In this document: piece by piece, positions 16,418 through 23,375 of the stretch
Layout: the number at the start of each line of letters is the position of its first letter
How positions within the stretch are numbered: the stretch's first letter is position 1
IMG/VR virus record: IMGVR_UViG_2909282993_000005
Direction: 5' to 3' (one strand)
DNA: 27,486 nucleotides
Source of the DNA: a virus
Lineage: Duplodnaviria > Heunggongvirae > Uroviricota > Caudoviricetes
The notes under the pieces: model-generated
Told to the model about the DNA's origin: nothing
Seen by the model: only the letters and a program-made list of their open reading frames with translations
Database searches by the model: none
Translations under genes and position numbers: made by a program

Positions 16418-18421
16418 TTAACGAACCAGATGCAGGAAGTGCAGGTGTTTTTCGTACTGGTCCAGTATGTCATTAATCAGCTGTTCCTGATTCCAGCCCA
16501 TTACATCATAATTTTGGCCGCCCTCTTTGAGATAGACTTCAGCGCGATAATATCGATGTTGTTCACTCTGCTGCTCATCATTATCCAGCGCAGCGAGCGC
16601 GAAGGTCGGTGAGTTATACCCGCGAAGCCTCACTTCATATATATAATTCAGCTCGTTGCCCAAATCGACTTCAAGGCGAATACGATCCTCGGCGGCGTCA
16701 CTGATGTGGCTTATCGTTCCCTGCTTGTTAAGTTCCTCCTGAACCAGCGTCATGGCGGGTTGGATAATGTCGTCCATAAAACGTTTCACAAGAGAGCGCT
16801 TCGGCAAATACGCGATATTGCGTAACCTTCTCTGCCAGGGAATTGGGTTACGTGCAGCCGTAGGAGCAATAGTCGCCATGCTAAGGCTTTCACGCTTGGT
16901 CAAATCCCGACGCAGGGCTTTTAACAGTCCGTATATGGATATTAATAAGATAACTGAGAAGGGCAATGCACTCGCTATCGTTACGGTTTGCAACGCACTC
17001 AGCCCCCCTGCGATCAGCAGGGCAATAGCAACAACGCCCATGAGCGATGCCCAGAAAATTCGCTGCCAGACGGGCGTGTTTGCCACCCCACCTGATGCCA
17101 GAGTATCCACAACCATTGCCCCCGAATCAGCAGACGTTACAAAGAAGACGATGACCATCGCCATTGCAATGAATGACAGCACGGAAGAGAACGGGAAATG
17201 CTCCAGGAAATTAAACAGGGCAAGCGCAACATCCTGCTGAACGGTATTGGCGAGGTCAGTGGCGCCCTGGTTCATGATGAGATAGATGGCGCTGTTTCCA
17301 AACACCGTCATCCACATGAGCGTAAAGCCGGCGGGAACAAACAACACGCCAGTCACGAACTCACGAATTGTCCTGCCGCGGGAAACGCGTGCAATGAACA
17401 TACCTACAAACGGCGACCATGAAAGCCACCATCCCCAGTATAATAATGTCCAGCCCCCCAGCCAGTTGCTCGACTTGGGTTCATACGCGTAAAGGTTGAA
17501 CGTTTTACTCACCAGTTCCGACAGATAACCACCCGTATTTTCCACAAATGACTTCAGCAGAAGCACAGTGGGACCCAGGCACAAGACCAGCGCCAGGAGC
17601 AACACCGCCAGGCCCAGATTAAGCTCAGACAGGATGCGTATTCCCTTGTCCAGGCCGGACACCACCGAAATCGTCGCTAACCCCGTGATGACCACGATCA
17701 AAATGACCTGTACCGTTTCATTGATGGGCACGCCGAAAAGATGGTTCAAACCGGCATTCACCTGCAATACACCGTAACCCAGTGATGTTGCAACGCCAAA
17801 GACAGTGCCTATCACGGCGAAGATATCAACCGCGTGGCCTATAGGCCCGTAAATGCGATCGCCGATAATGGGATAGAGCGCAGAACGCAGCGTTAAAGGC
17901 AGACCGTGACGGTAACTGAAAAAGGCCAGAATCAGCGCCACGATGGCATAAATTGCCCATGCGTGCAGACCCCAGTGGAAGAACGTCAGGCGCATGGCTT
18001 CCTTCGCTGCCGCAACGGTCTCTGGAGTGCCGACAGGTGGCGAAAGATAATGCATCACAGGTTCGGCAACGCCAAAGAACATCAGGCCGATCCCCATCCC
18101 TGCCGAAAAAAGCATCGCGAACCAGGAGTGGTAGCTGAAATCAGGCTGCGCATGGTCTGGGCCCAGCTTTATATCACCGTAACGTGAGAGTCCAAGGAAC
18201 GTGACGCTCAGTAAAATCAGGGCCACAGCAAGTATGTAGAACCAGCTGGCATTCGTGAAGATTTGTTGCTGAAGTAGTTTAAAATTTTTGTCGGCGACAT
18301 CCGGGAATACGGCGGCAAAGGCGACAAGAAGGAAAATTAGCAAAGCAGATGTAAAGAATACCGCTTTGTTAATCTGGCTTGTAGACTTCTTTGGGGTTGT
18401 ATCATTTTCACTCATAATCAT
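16418..18421 (-). CDS. BCCT-family transporter (BetT-like choline/betaine/carnitine transporter)
   Basis: 667-aa product with BCCT signature regions (WTLLYWGWWLSWSPFVGMFIARVSRGRTIREF) and the C-terminal DILDQYEKHLHFLHL tail typical of BetT. Confidence 0.85.
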   Translation of the reverse strand: MIMSENDTTPKKSTSQINKAVFFTSALLIFLLVAFAAVFPDVADKNFKLLQQQIFTNASWFYILAVALILLSVTFLGLSRYGDIKLGPDHAQPDFSYHSWFAMLFSAGMGIGLMFFGVAEPVMHYLSPPVGTPETVAAAKEAMRLTFFHWGLHAWAIYAIVALILAFFSYRHGLPLTLRSALYPIIGDRIYGPIGHAVDIFAVIGTVFGVATSLGYGVLQVNAGLNHLFGVPINETVQVILIVVITGLATISVVSGLDKGIRILSELNLGLAVLLLALVLCLGPTVLLLKSFVENTGGYLSELVSKTFNLYAYEPKSSNWLGGWTLLYWGWWLSWSPFVGMFIARVSRGRTIREFVTGVLFVPAGFTLMWMTVFGNSAIYLIMNQGATDLANTVQQDVALALFNFLEHFPFSSVLSFIAMAMVIVFFVTSADSGAMVVDTLASGGVANTPVWQRIFWASLMGVVAIALLIAGGLSALQTVTIASALPFSVILLISIYGLLKALRRDLTKRESLSMATIAPTAARNPIPWQRRLRNIAYLPKRSLVKRFMDDIIQPAMTLVQEELNKQGTISHISDAAEDRIRLEVDLGNELNYIYEVRLRGYNSPTFALAALDNDEQQSEQHRYYRAEVYLKEGGQNYDVMGWNQEQLINDILDQYEKHLHFLHLVR

Positions 18422-18663
18422 TTATTCCATTAATTAAATCCGCACTGGATAGAAGGTACTACCTCTCACAGAGTAGCAAAGTTCAACTGGCTATGCGGGG
18501 TTAATCGGAATGCATGGTGGAATGAGTGCCGATACAAATCATCCTATATTCTAAGGAGTTTTAAGTTACTCAGCCTGCCAATTACTGGGGCATTTAATTT
18601 GTATGATCTGTATCAAAGCTGGGATATAAGTTAAGTGAAGTATATTAGGCACGAATTACCAGC

Positions 18664-18693
18664 GTCTGCTCTTGGCACAAAGCGGACAACCAC
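18664..18693. repeat. 30-bp imperfect direct repeat, copy B (gtctgctcttggcacaaagcggacaaccac)
   Basis: See copy A. Lies between the BetT-like start and the first phage replication-module ORF. Confidence 0.5.
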
Positions 18694-18755
18694 GCTAGCT
18701 CTACCCTGTGCCACAAAATGTCAATTTGCATCTGAACTAATGCACTTTAATCTCG

Positions 18756-19178
18756 TCACTTCAATAAATACCGAACATCCCCCTGATAAAACGACAATAT
18801 GCGCTGCATAACTTCGCTCTTCCGGCACTCGCGACAGATTATGTTTAGGCGACTGTCGTAGCGACGTATTTCTCCGTCAGGTAATGACCAGATAAGGTCC
18901 GGATCAACCACAACCGGTTTCTTCAGCTTTGCCCTCGATAATTTTTTGCGGGCATTTTGCCAGTCTTTACGAGCCTGTTCAGACGGGAATAACCCGTAGC
19001 CAGAATTGTATACATCGCCACTGGCAACCAGCTCTCTGGCCAGAACGCTCATCAGATATCTTGTTGCCCCAGTTTTAGCTTCCAGTTGTCGTAACGTCTC
19101 GCGCCCACTCTGGCGTACGAGTTCAAGAACCTGCCCTTTAATTTTTTCCCGCTCTTCTTGTGTAAAAACTTTTGCCAC
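18756..19178 (-). CDS. Hypothetical phage protein downstream of the replication initiator (P-position of lambda, but too short to be a helicase loader)
   Basis: 140-aa ORF with a strong AGGAGG RBS. C-terminal CRECRK motif; no recognisable domain. Confidence 0.5.
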   Translation of the reverse strand: MAKVFTQEEREKIKGQVLELVRQSGRETLRQLEAKTGATRYLMSVLARELVASGDVYNSGYGLFPSEQARKDWQNARKKLSRAKLKKPVVVDPDLIWSLPDGEIRRYDSRLNIICRECRKSEVMQRILSFYQGDVRYLLK

Positions 19179-19218
19179 AAGCCCTCCTGAAAATTACCTC
19201 ATGACCAGAAATTAACAC

Positions 19219-20289
19219 TTACCCCCTGAAGCCCGGCGGAATTTCGTTATCCGGTTCAGAAATATGATTCACACAACGCTGGTTGTTCGTGCCGCTTACC
19301 GGGAGCAACCAGGGGTTCTCAAAATTCCGGTCCGGTCCAAAAAACGTCGTCGCTCGCTGAACAAATTCCGTTCCCGTTTTCCCGGTAGCCGCCAAGTATC
19401 TTGCGTAACGCCTCACGCCATCCAGCATGGCCTCTGGTGGCACCCCCTCGCGTAATCTGGCCTTCCAGGCACTGAAAGCGGATTTCTTCGGGTTTGCCCC
19501 AGCACGCAACGGGTACTCCCGCCAGACCTGTTCGAACACATCCGGATAATCCACTCGTCCCACAGACTGCCCGGTGTTTTCCGGGACTACCCGATCGGCT
19601 TCCCGCTGAATGGCGGAATCGGCTTCAGGCTGCTGCAGTTGGTGTGATTGCTCCGCCCTTGCGGTCATCACCTGCTGCACAGCGCCCGAATCGGCTTTCA
19701 GCGCATACGCTGAATCGGCTTCCGGTGTCGTGCCTGCTGGCTGACCAAGATTGACGGTCTGAACATCCCCTGCCTGGTTCGTGGCGTTTTTTACGCCATG
19801 GACCATAGTGTTTTGATCTTCTTGATCTGTATCTTTATCTGTATCTTTATCTGTCGTGACTCGTCGTGACATGTGCGTGACATTTCGTGACGCGCCGTGA
19901 CAATCGCCATTTTGTTCCCGCTTTCTTTCCCTCTCTCGCTGCGCCCTCTTGCGCTCTGCAGGAGATTTTGCGGTTTGCGAAATATTGCCGTTGTCCTCTT
20001 TAAGCACCTGGCGTTTTTCCCATCCAGTGATTAAATCACCATCAAGTACCCGCCCCTGCATCGTCTGCAAAATTGAATCAATTACCTCTTCTGTCACGTC
20101 GAGCGCACTTGCCAAATCTTCTGTCGTGACATCAATGTGACCTCGCGTGACATTTCGTGACGCGCTCACCAGGAGGTGGATATACACTGCCATCACTGTT
20201 GCAATTGGCTGCCCTGACACCCTGGCAATTGTTCGCCACTTAGGGTCATTTGGCATGTCATGCCATAATCTGAGCCAGGCGTTAGCCAT
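19219..20289 (-). CDS. Putative replication initiation protein (lambda O-like organisation: iteron arrays inside the coding sequence)
   Basis: 356-aa product from the ATG at 20289 (RBS AGAGGTGA); the ORF track starts two codons earlier at GTG. Sits at the O position after the cro/cII-like genes. Contains two arrays of CGTGAC repeats at 10-11-bp spacing, mirrored in the protein as repeated SRNVT(R/H)..VTT motifs. Confidence 0.55.
   Translation of the reverse strand: MANAWLRLWHDMPNDPKWRTIARVSGQPIATVMAVYIHLLVSASRNVTRGHIDVTTEDLASALDVTEEVIDSILQTMQGRVLDGDLITGWEKRQVLKEDNGNISQTAKSPAERKRAQRERERKREQNGDCHGASRNVTHMSRRVTTDKDTDKDTDQEDQNTMVHGVKNATNQAGDVQTVNLGQPAGTTPEADSAYALKADSGAVQQVMTARAEQSHQLQQPEADSAIQREADRVVPENTGQSVGRVDYPDVFEQVWREYPLRAGANPKKSAFSAWKARLREGVPPEAMLDGVRRYARYLAATGKTGTEFVQRATTFFGPDRNFENPWLLPVSGTNNQRCVNHISEPDNEIPPGFRG
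19855..19901. repeat. Iteron array 1: five CGTGAC motifs spaced 10-11 bp (starts 19855, 19865, 19876, 19886, 19896), preceded by two GATC sites and a tandem 12-bp repeat tatctttatctg
   Basis: Read directly from the sequence. Helical-turn periodicity and location inside the rep ORF resemble lambdoid ori organisation. Confidence 0.6.
20093..20161. repeat. Iteron array 2: CGTGAC/TGTGAC motifs at 20125, 20136, 20146, 20156 plus an inverted copy GTCACG at 20093
   Basis: Read directly; same motif and spacing as array 1, about 225 bp away within the same ORF. Confidence 0.55.
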
Positions 20290-20360
20290 ACTCACCTCTT
20301 TTGATACCGAATCTTTTTACTCACAAATTGCCGGAAGTGATCCGGTATGAATATTGCGAG

Positions 20361-20786
20361 TCAATGCACAGCCACAATATTTCCTGCAGGGCCACCACGA
20401 TTCATCTGGTTGAAACCAGCGATCGCCACTGCGACAAAATCATCAGCGTCTCTCACCAGTCGTTCCCGCGTCTCCACTAGTTCCCGAAAATAGGCTGAGC
20501 TATGGCTGCGCATTCGGGCCACCAGCAGAGGTGGCATTGCTTTTTCGATAGCTGGTAACAACGCCTGAATTTTTTCAACTGCATCAGGGGTGTCTTTCTC
20601 TACCCAGCGGAAAATTTTCTGGGTATTGCGAGCCAGGGCTTCCGGATGGCTGTCGTCATACAGTTCTGGGAACGTCATACCCAGTTCAAAATAAGCCCTG
20701 GTTATTTCAGCTGCCGGAACTTTTTCACCGTCCGGATGCGCCCAGGCATTCATCGCCATGCGGATGTGTTCATGCTTGATTTTCAT
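20361..20786 (-). CDS. YdaT-like protein (cII-position early protein of Rac-type prophages)
   Basis: 141-aa product beginning MKIKHEHI and ending VH with central KIQALLPAI, resembling Rac YdaT from recall; AGGAG RBS. Confidence 0.5.
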   Translation of the reverse strand: MKIKHEHIRMAMNAWAHPDGEKVPAAEITRAYFELGMTFPELYDDSHPEALARNTQKIFRWVEKDTPDAVEKIQALLPAIEKAMPPLLVARMRSHSSAYFRELVETRERLVRDADDFVAVAIAGFNQMNRGGPAGNIVAVH

Positions 20787-21051
20787 GAATCAAGCTCCTA
20801 GAAAGTGGTTGTGTTAACATTTTGGTATCTTCCAGCTCGGGCCAAATATTCATCCAATCAAAAGGCCTTAGTTGCTGACGTGTAACTTCACCATTACTGG
20901 CTCGCTCAATAAGGACACATAACGATGCCCCTAACACTTGACCTTTACTCAATGCCTTTCTTAGATAACCGATGCTGGTACCACACTCGCATGCAAACAT
21001 ACGCTGTTCATCTGACGAAAGAGAATTGAGAAATATTCTTAATTCTTCCAT
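20770..21051 (-). CDS. Cro-like HTH protein of the YdaS family
   Basis: 93-aa product with HTH (QRMFACECGTSIGYLRKALSKGQ) and an ERASNGEVTRQQLRP motif resembling YdaS. Strong AAGGAG RBS; divergent from the repressor gene. Confidence 0.6.
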   Translation of the reverse strand: MEELRIFLNSLSSDEQRMFACECGTSIGYLRKALSKGQVLGASLCVLIERASNGEVTRQQLRPFDWMNIWPELEDTKMLTQPLSRSLIHENQA

Positions 21052-21080
21052 AGCTACTCCTTAGTAAACACAGCAAAGAA

Positions 21081-21116
21081 TACCCACAGGTAAACAAAAG
21101 TCAATACCCACAGGTT
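21081..21116. promoter_or_regulatory. Operator-like sites in the divergent repressor/cro-like intergenic region: TACCCACAGGTA (21081-21092) and TACCCACAGGTT (21105-21116)
   Basis: Two copies of a 12-bp near-palindrome spaced 24 bp apart between divergent genes, related to two more copies downstream of the repressor gene. A further half-match overlaps the repressor start codon. Confidence 0.5.
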
Positions 21117-21151
21117 GTTTACCTTGCAGTAATCGCATCTATTATTTACCT

Positions 21152-21571
21152 ATGGACAAATATGAATTTAGACGACAGCAACTCATCAAAATTCGTGATG
21201 AGAAATGCGATGGTAAAGCGGTTAACGTGGCCAGAAAGATCGGGCGCGAGCCTTCTTATGTATCAAGAATGTTGTACCCAGAGGGGAAAAAGGGAAAAAA
21301 ACGGATCGCTGATGATATGGTGGAGATTATCGAAGAGTCCTTTGGGTTACCCCGGGGATGGATGGATGGTATCGTTTCATCATCAACGAACACAGCCTCC
21401 AGTTATGAAACAAGGGTTCTAACGCCACGACAACGTATTTTTTTAGATCTCTTAGACGAACTGCCAGAAAGTGAAGCGGATAACTTATTAAAAACTCTTG
21501 AAGAGAAAAAACAGTATTACAATATGATCTACGAAGAAATCCGTAAAAAGAAAGCACAAAACGCATCATAG
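21152..21571 (+). CDS. CI/DicA/RacR-position prophage repressor-like protein
   Basis: 139-aa ORF divergent from the cro-like gene with a putative HTH (KAVNVARKIGREPSYVSRMLY). C-terminal FLDLLDELPESEADNLL resembles the DicA C-terminus from recall. No obvious RBS, so possibly a leaderless transcript. Confidence 0.5.
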   Translation: MDKYEFRRQQLIKIRDEKCDGKAVNVARKIGREPSYVSRMLYPEGKKGKKRIADDMVEIIEESFGLPRGWMDGIVSSSTNTASSYETRVLTPRQRIFLDLLDELPESEADNLLKTLEEKKQYYNMIYEEIRKKKAQNAS

Positions 21572-21613
21572 CTCACCAAACAACTAGTCACCAGTTAAGA
21601 CACCGCAAAAAGT

Positions 21614-21650
21614 TACCCATGGGTATTTACTTTTTAAATACCTATGGGTA
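21614..21650. promoter_or_regulatory. Operator-like palindromes downstream of the repressor gene (OL-equivalent): TACCCATGGGTA (21614-21625) and TACCTATGGGTA (21639-21650)
   Basis: Perfect and near-perfect 12-bp palindromes, 13 bp apart, upstream of the rightward ydfA-like operon. Confidence 0.5.
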
Positions 21651-21836
21651 TCCTTCTTTTCATACCAACCCACCCCGCCCCACAGAATGCAGGGCAATAC
21701 TTCGAGTTACCAGGCAGTGGTCAGGGGTTAAGTAGCCAGCCCGAGGCGTAAGAACATGACGGCAGGGTTCAACTTTAATAACTATGCAGCAGGTTTTTGT
21801 TCCGCTACCCCGGCGTTAAGGGGAAATGAGGTCAGC

Positions 21837-21992
21837 ATGGATACTATCGATCTTGGCAACAGCGAATCTCTGGTATGTGGCGTGTTCCCCAACCAAGACG
21901 GTACGTTCACCGCGATGACGTATACCAAAAGCAAAACGTTTAAAACCGAAAATGGTGCCCGTCGCTGGCTGGAAAGAAACTCAGGTGAGTGA
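21837..21992 (+). CDS. Small phage protein, YdfA-like (51 aa)
   Basis: MDTIDLGNSESLVCGVFPNQDGTFTAMTYTKSKTFKTENGARRWLERNSGE with a GAGG RBS. First gene of the early-left operon, as in the Qin dicA-ydfABC-dicF-dicB arrangement. Confidence 0.5.
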   Translation: MDTIDLGNSESLVCGVFPNQDGTFTAMTYTKSKTFKTENGARRWLERNSGE

Positions 21993-21993
21993 T

Positions 21994-22122
21994 ATGGATT
22001 TCGACACAATCATGGAAAAGGCTTACGAAGAATACTTCGAAGGTCTTGCCGAAGGCGAAGAAGCTCTCAGCTTCAACGAATTTAAACAGGCGCTTTCCAG
22101 TTCGGCAAAATCTAACGGCTGA
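21994..22122 (+). CDS. Small acidic phage protein, YdfB-like (42 aa)
   Basis: MDFDTIMEKAYEEYFEGLAEGEEALSFNEFKQALSSSAKSNG. Start 2 nt after the preceding stop with a GGTGA RBS. Not in the supplied ORF track (below size cut-off). Confidence 0.4.
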   Translation: MDFDTIMEKAYEEYFEGLAEGEEALSFNEFKQALSSSAKSNG

Positions 22123-22151
22123 TAAGCGAAACAGCACCGCGAGGAATCAGT

Positions 22152-22367
22152 ATGCAGAAACGAGAACCCGTCATCATCGCGCCAGACTATACCGATGATG
22201 AACTTTATGAGTGGATGCACCAGAAAATTAATGCAGCGCAGGATCTGAAATGGGCCAATGAAGCTAGGGCTAAGCAGGCTGAAAATCTGTCCGCTCTGGA
22301 GCAGGATATCACCAATCTGGAAAAAGCAGCAGCATTAAGCATTGCCAGAATGATTACAGGTTGGTAA
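22152..22367 (+). CDS. Small phage protein, YdfC-like (71 aa)
   Basis: ORF with GAGGA RBS, positioned between the ydfB-like gene and dicF. Confidence 0.5.
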   Translation: MQKREPVIIAPDYTDDELYEWMHQKINAAQDLKWANEARAKQAENLSALEQDITNLEKAAALSIARMITGW

Positions 22368-22678
22368 TAAAGGAGTTCTCCACGGGTGAGGTGGAGTGCG
22401 TGTGCCGGACACGGGTGAGCATCCGGCACTGACAGTTTACTGAAAGGATATTTCCCTGAAAAGTCAGACCATAACGCGAAAGCGCACGGCGAGGTAGCTG
22501 GTTCATAGATAGCCTGTCGTTAAATTTTCGTCGACCGTGCGCTTCCGGTTGTGGCAATCCGCGAAATGGCGCGGCGGTAAGTATGGCGGGGTTATTCCTT
22601 CCCCGTTGAGGACACCGGGTTGTCAGGTTGACCATACGCTTAAGTGACAACCCCGCTGCAACGCCCTCTGTTATCAAT

Positions 22679-22731
22679 TTTCTGGTGACGTTTGGCGGTA
22701 TCAGTTTTACTCCGTGACTGCTCTGCCGCCC
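22679..22731 (+). ncRNA. dicF: DicF small RNA (cell-division inhibitor sRNA targeting ftsZ mRNA)
   Basis: 53-nt sequence TTTCTGGTGACGTTTGGCGGTATCAGTTTTACTCCGTGACTGCTCTGCCGCCC matches DicF from recall, followed by a T-run (22732-22736) and preceded by a structured ~300-nt leader. Confidence 0.8.
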
Positions 22732-22905
22732 TTTTTAAAGTGAATTTTGTGATGTGGTGAATGCGGCTGAGCGCACGCGGAACAGTTAAAACCAAAAACA
22801 GTGTTATGGGTGGATTCTCTGTATCCGGCGTTAATTGTTAACTGGTTAACGTCACCTGGAGGCACCAGGCACCGCATCACAAAATTCATTGTTGAGGACG
22901 CGATA

Positions 22906-23094
22906 ATGAAAACGTTATTACCAAACGTTAATACGTCTGAAGGTTGTTTTGAAATTGGTGTCACTATCAGTAACCCAGTATTTACTGAAGATGCCATTAA
23001 CAAGAGAAAACAAGAACGGGAGCTATTAAATAAAATATGCATTGTTTCAATGCTGGCTCGTTTACGTCTGATGCCAAAAAGATGTGCACAATGA
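22906..23094 (+). CDS. dicB: Cell division inhibitor DicB (MinC-activating, 62 aa)
   Basis: MKTLLPNVNTSEGCFEIGVTISNPVFTEDAINKRKQERELLNKICIVSMLARLRLMPKRCAQ, essentially the DicB sequence as recalled. Confidence 0.85.
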   Translation: MKTLLPNVNTSEGCFEIGVTISNPVFTEDAINKRKQERELLNKICIVSMLARLRLMPKRCAQ

Positions 23095-23282
23095 ATTCAG
23101 CATTTGCGCTTGTTCTGACAGTTTTTCTTGTTTCCGGAGAGCCAGTTGATATTGCAGTCAGTGTTCACAGGACAATGCAGGAGTGTATGACTGCAGCAAC
23201 CGAACAGAAAATTCCCGGTAACTGTTACCCGGTCGATAAAGTTATTCACCAGGATAATATCGAAATCCCGGCAGGTCTTTAA
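23091..23282 (+). CDS. ydfD: YdfD-like small membrane protein (63 aa; the Qin homolog is reported to cause lysis when expressed)
   Basis: MNSAFALVLTVFLVSGEPVDIAVSVHRTMQECMTAATEQKIPGNCYPVDKVIHQDNIEIPAGL with an N-terminal TM helix. ATGA overlap with the dicB stop. Confidence 0.6.
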   Translation: MNSAFALVLTVFLVSGEPVDIAVSVHRTMQECMTAATEQKIPGNCYPVDKVIHQDNIEIPAGL

Positions 23283-23375
23283 AACAGTTCCGTAATAAAT
23301 ATCCGGTTTCATTCTTATATGCCAGCAATGGCAGGGATTTATTCATCCTTAAATCTGTCATGAGGTTAAAATAAA

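Noticed and set aside
19801-19905. Possible CRISPR-like array from the regularly spaced CGTGAC repeats
   Set aside because: Repeat unit and period are only about 10 bp, with no spacers of 25-40 bp and no cas genes. The array lies inside a replication gene and fits iterons.
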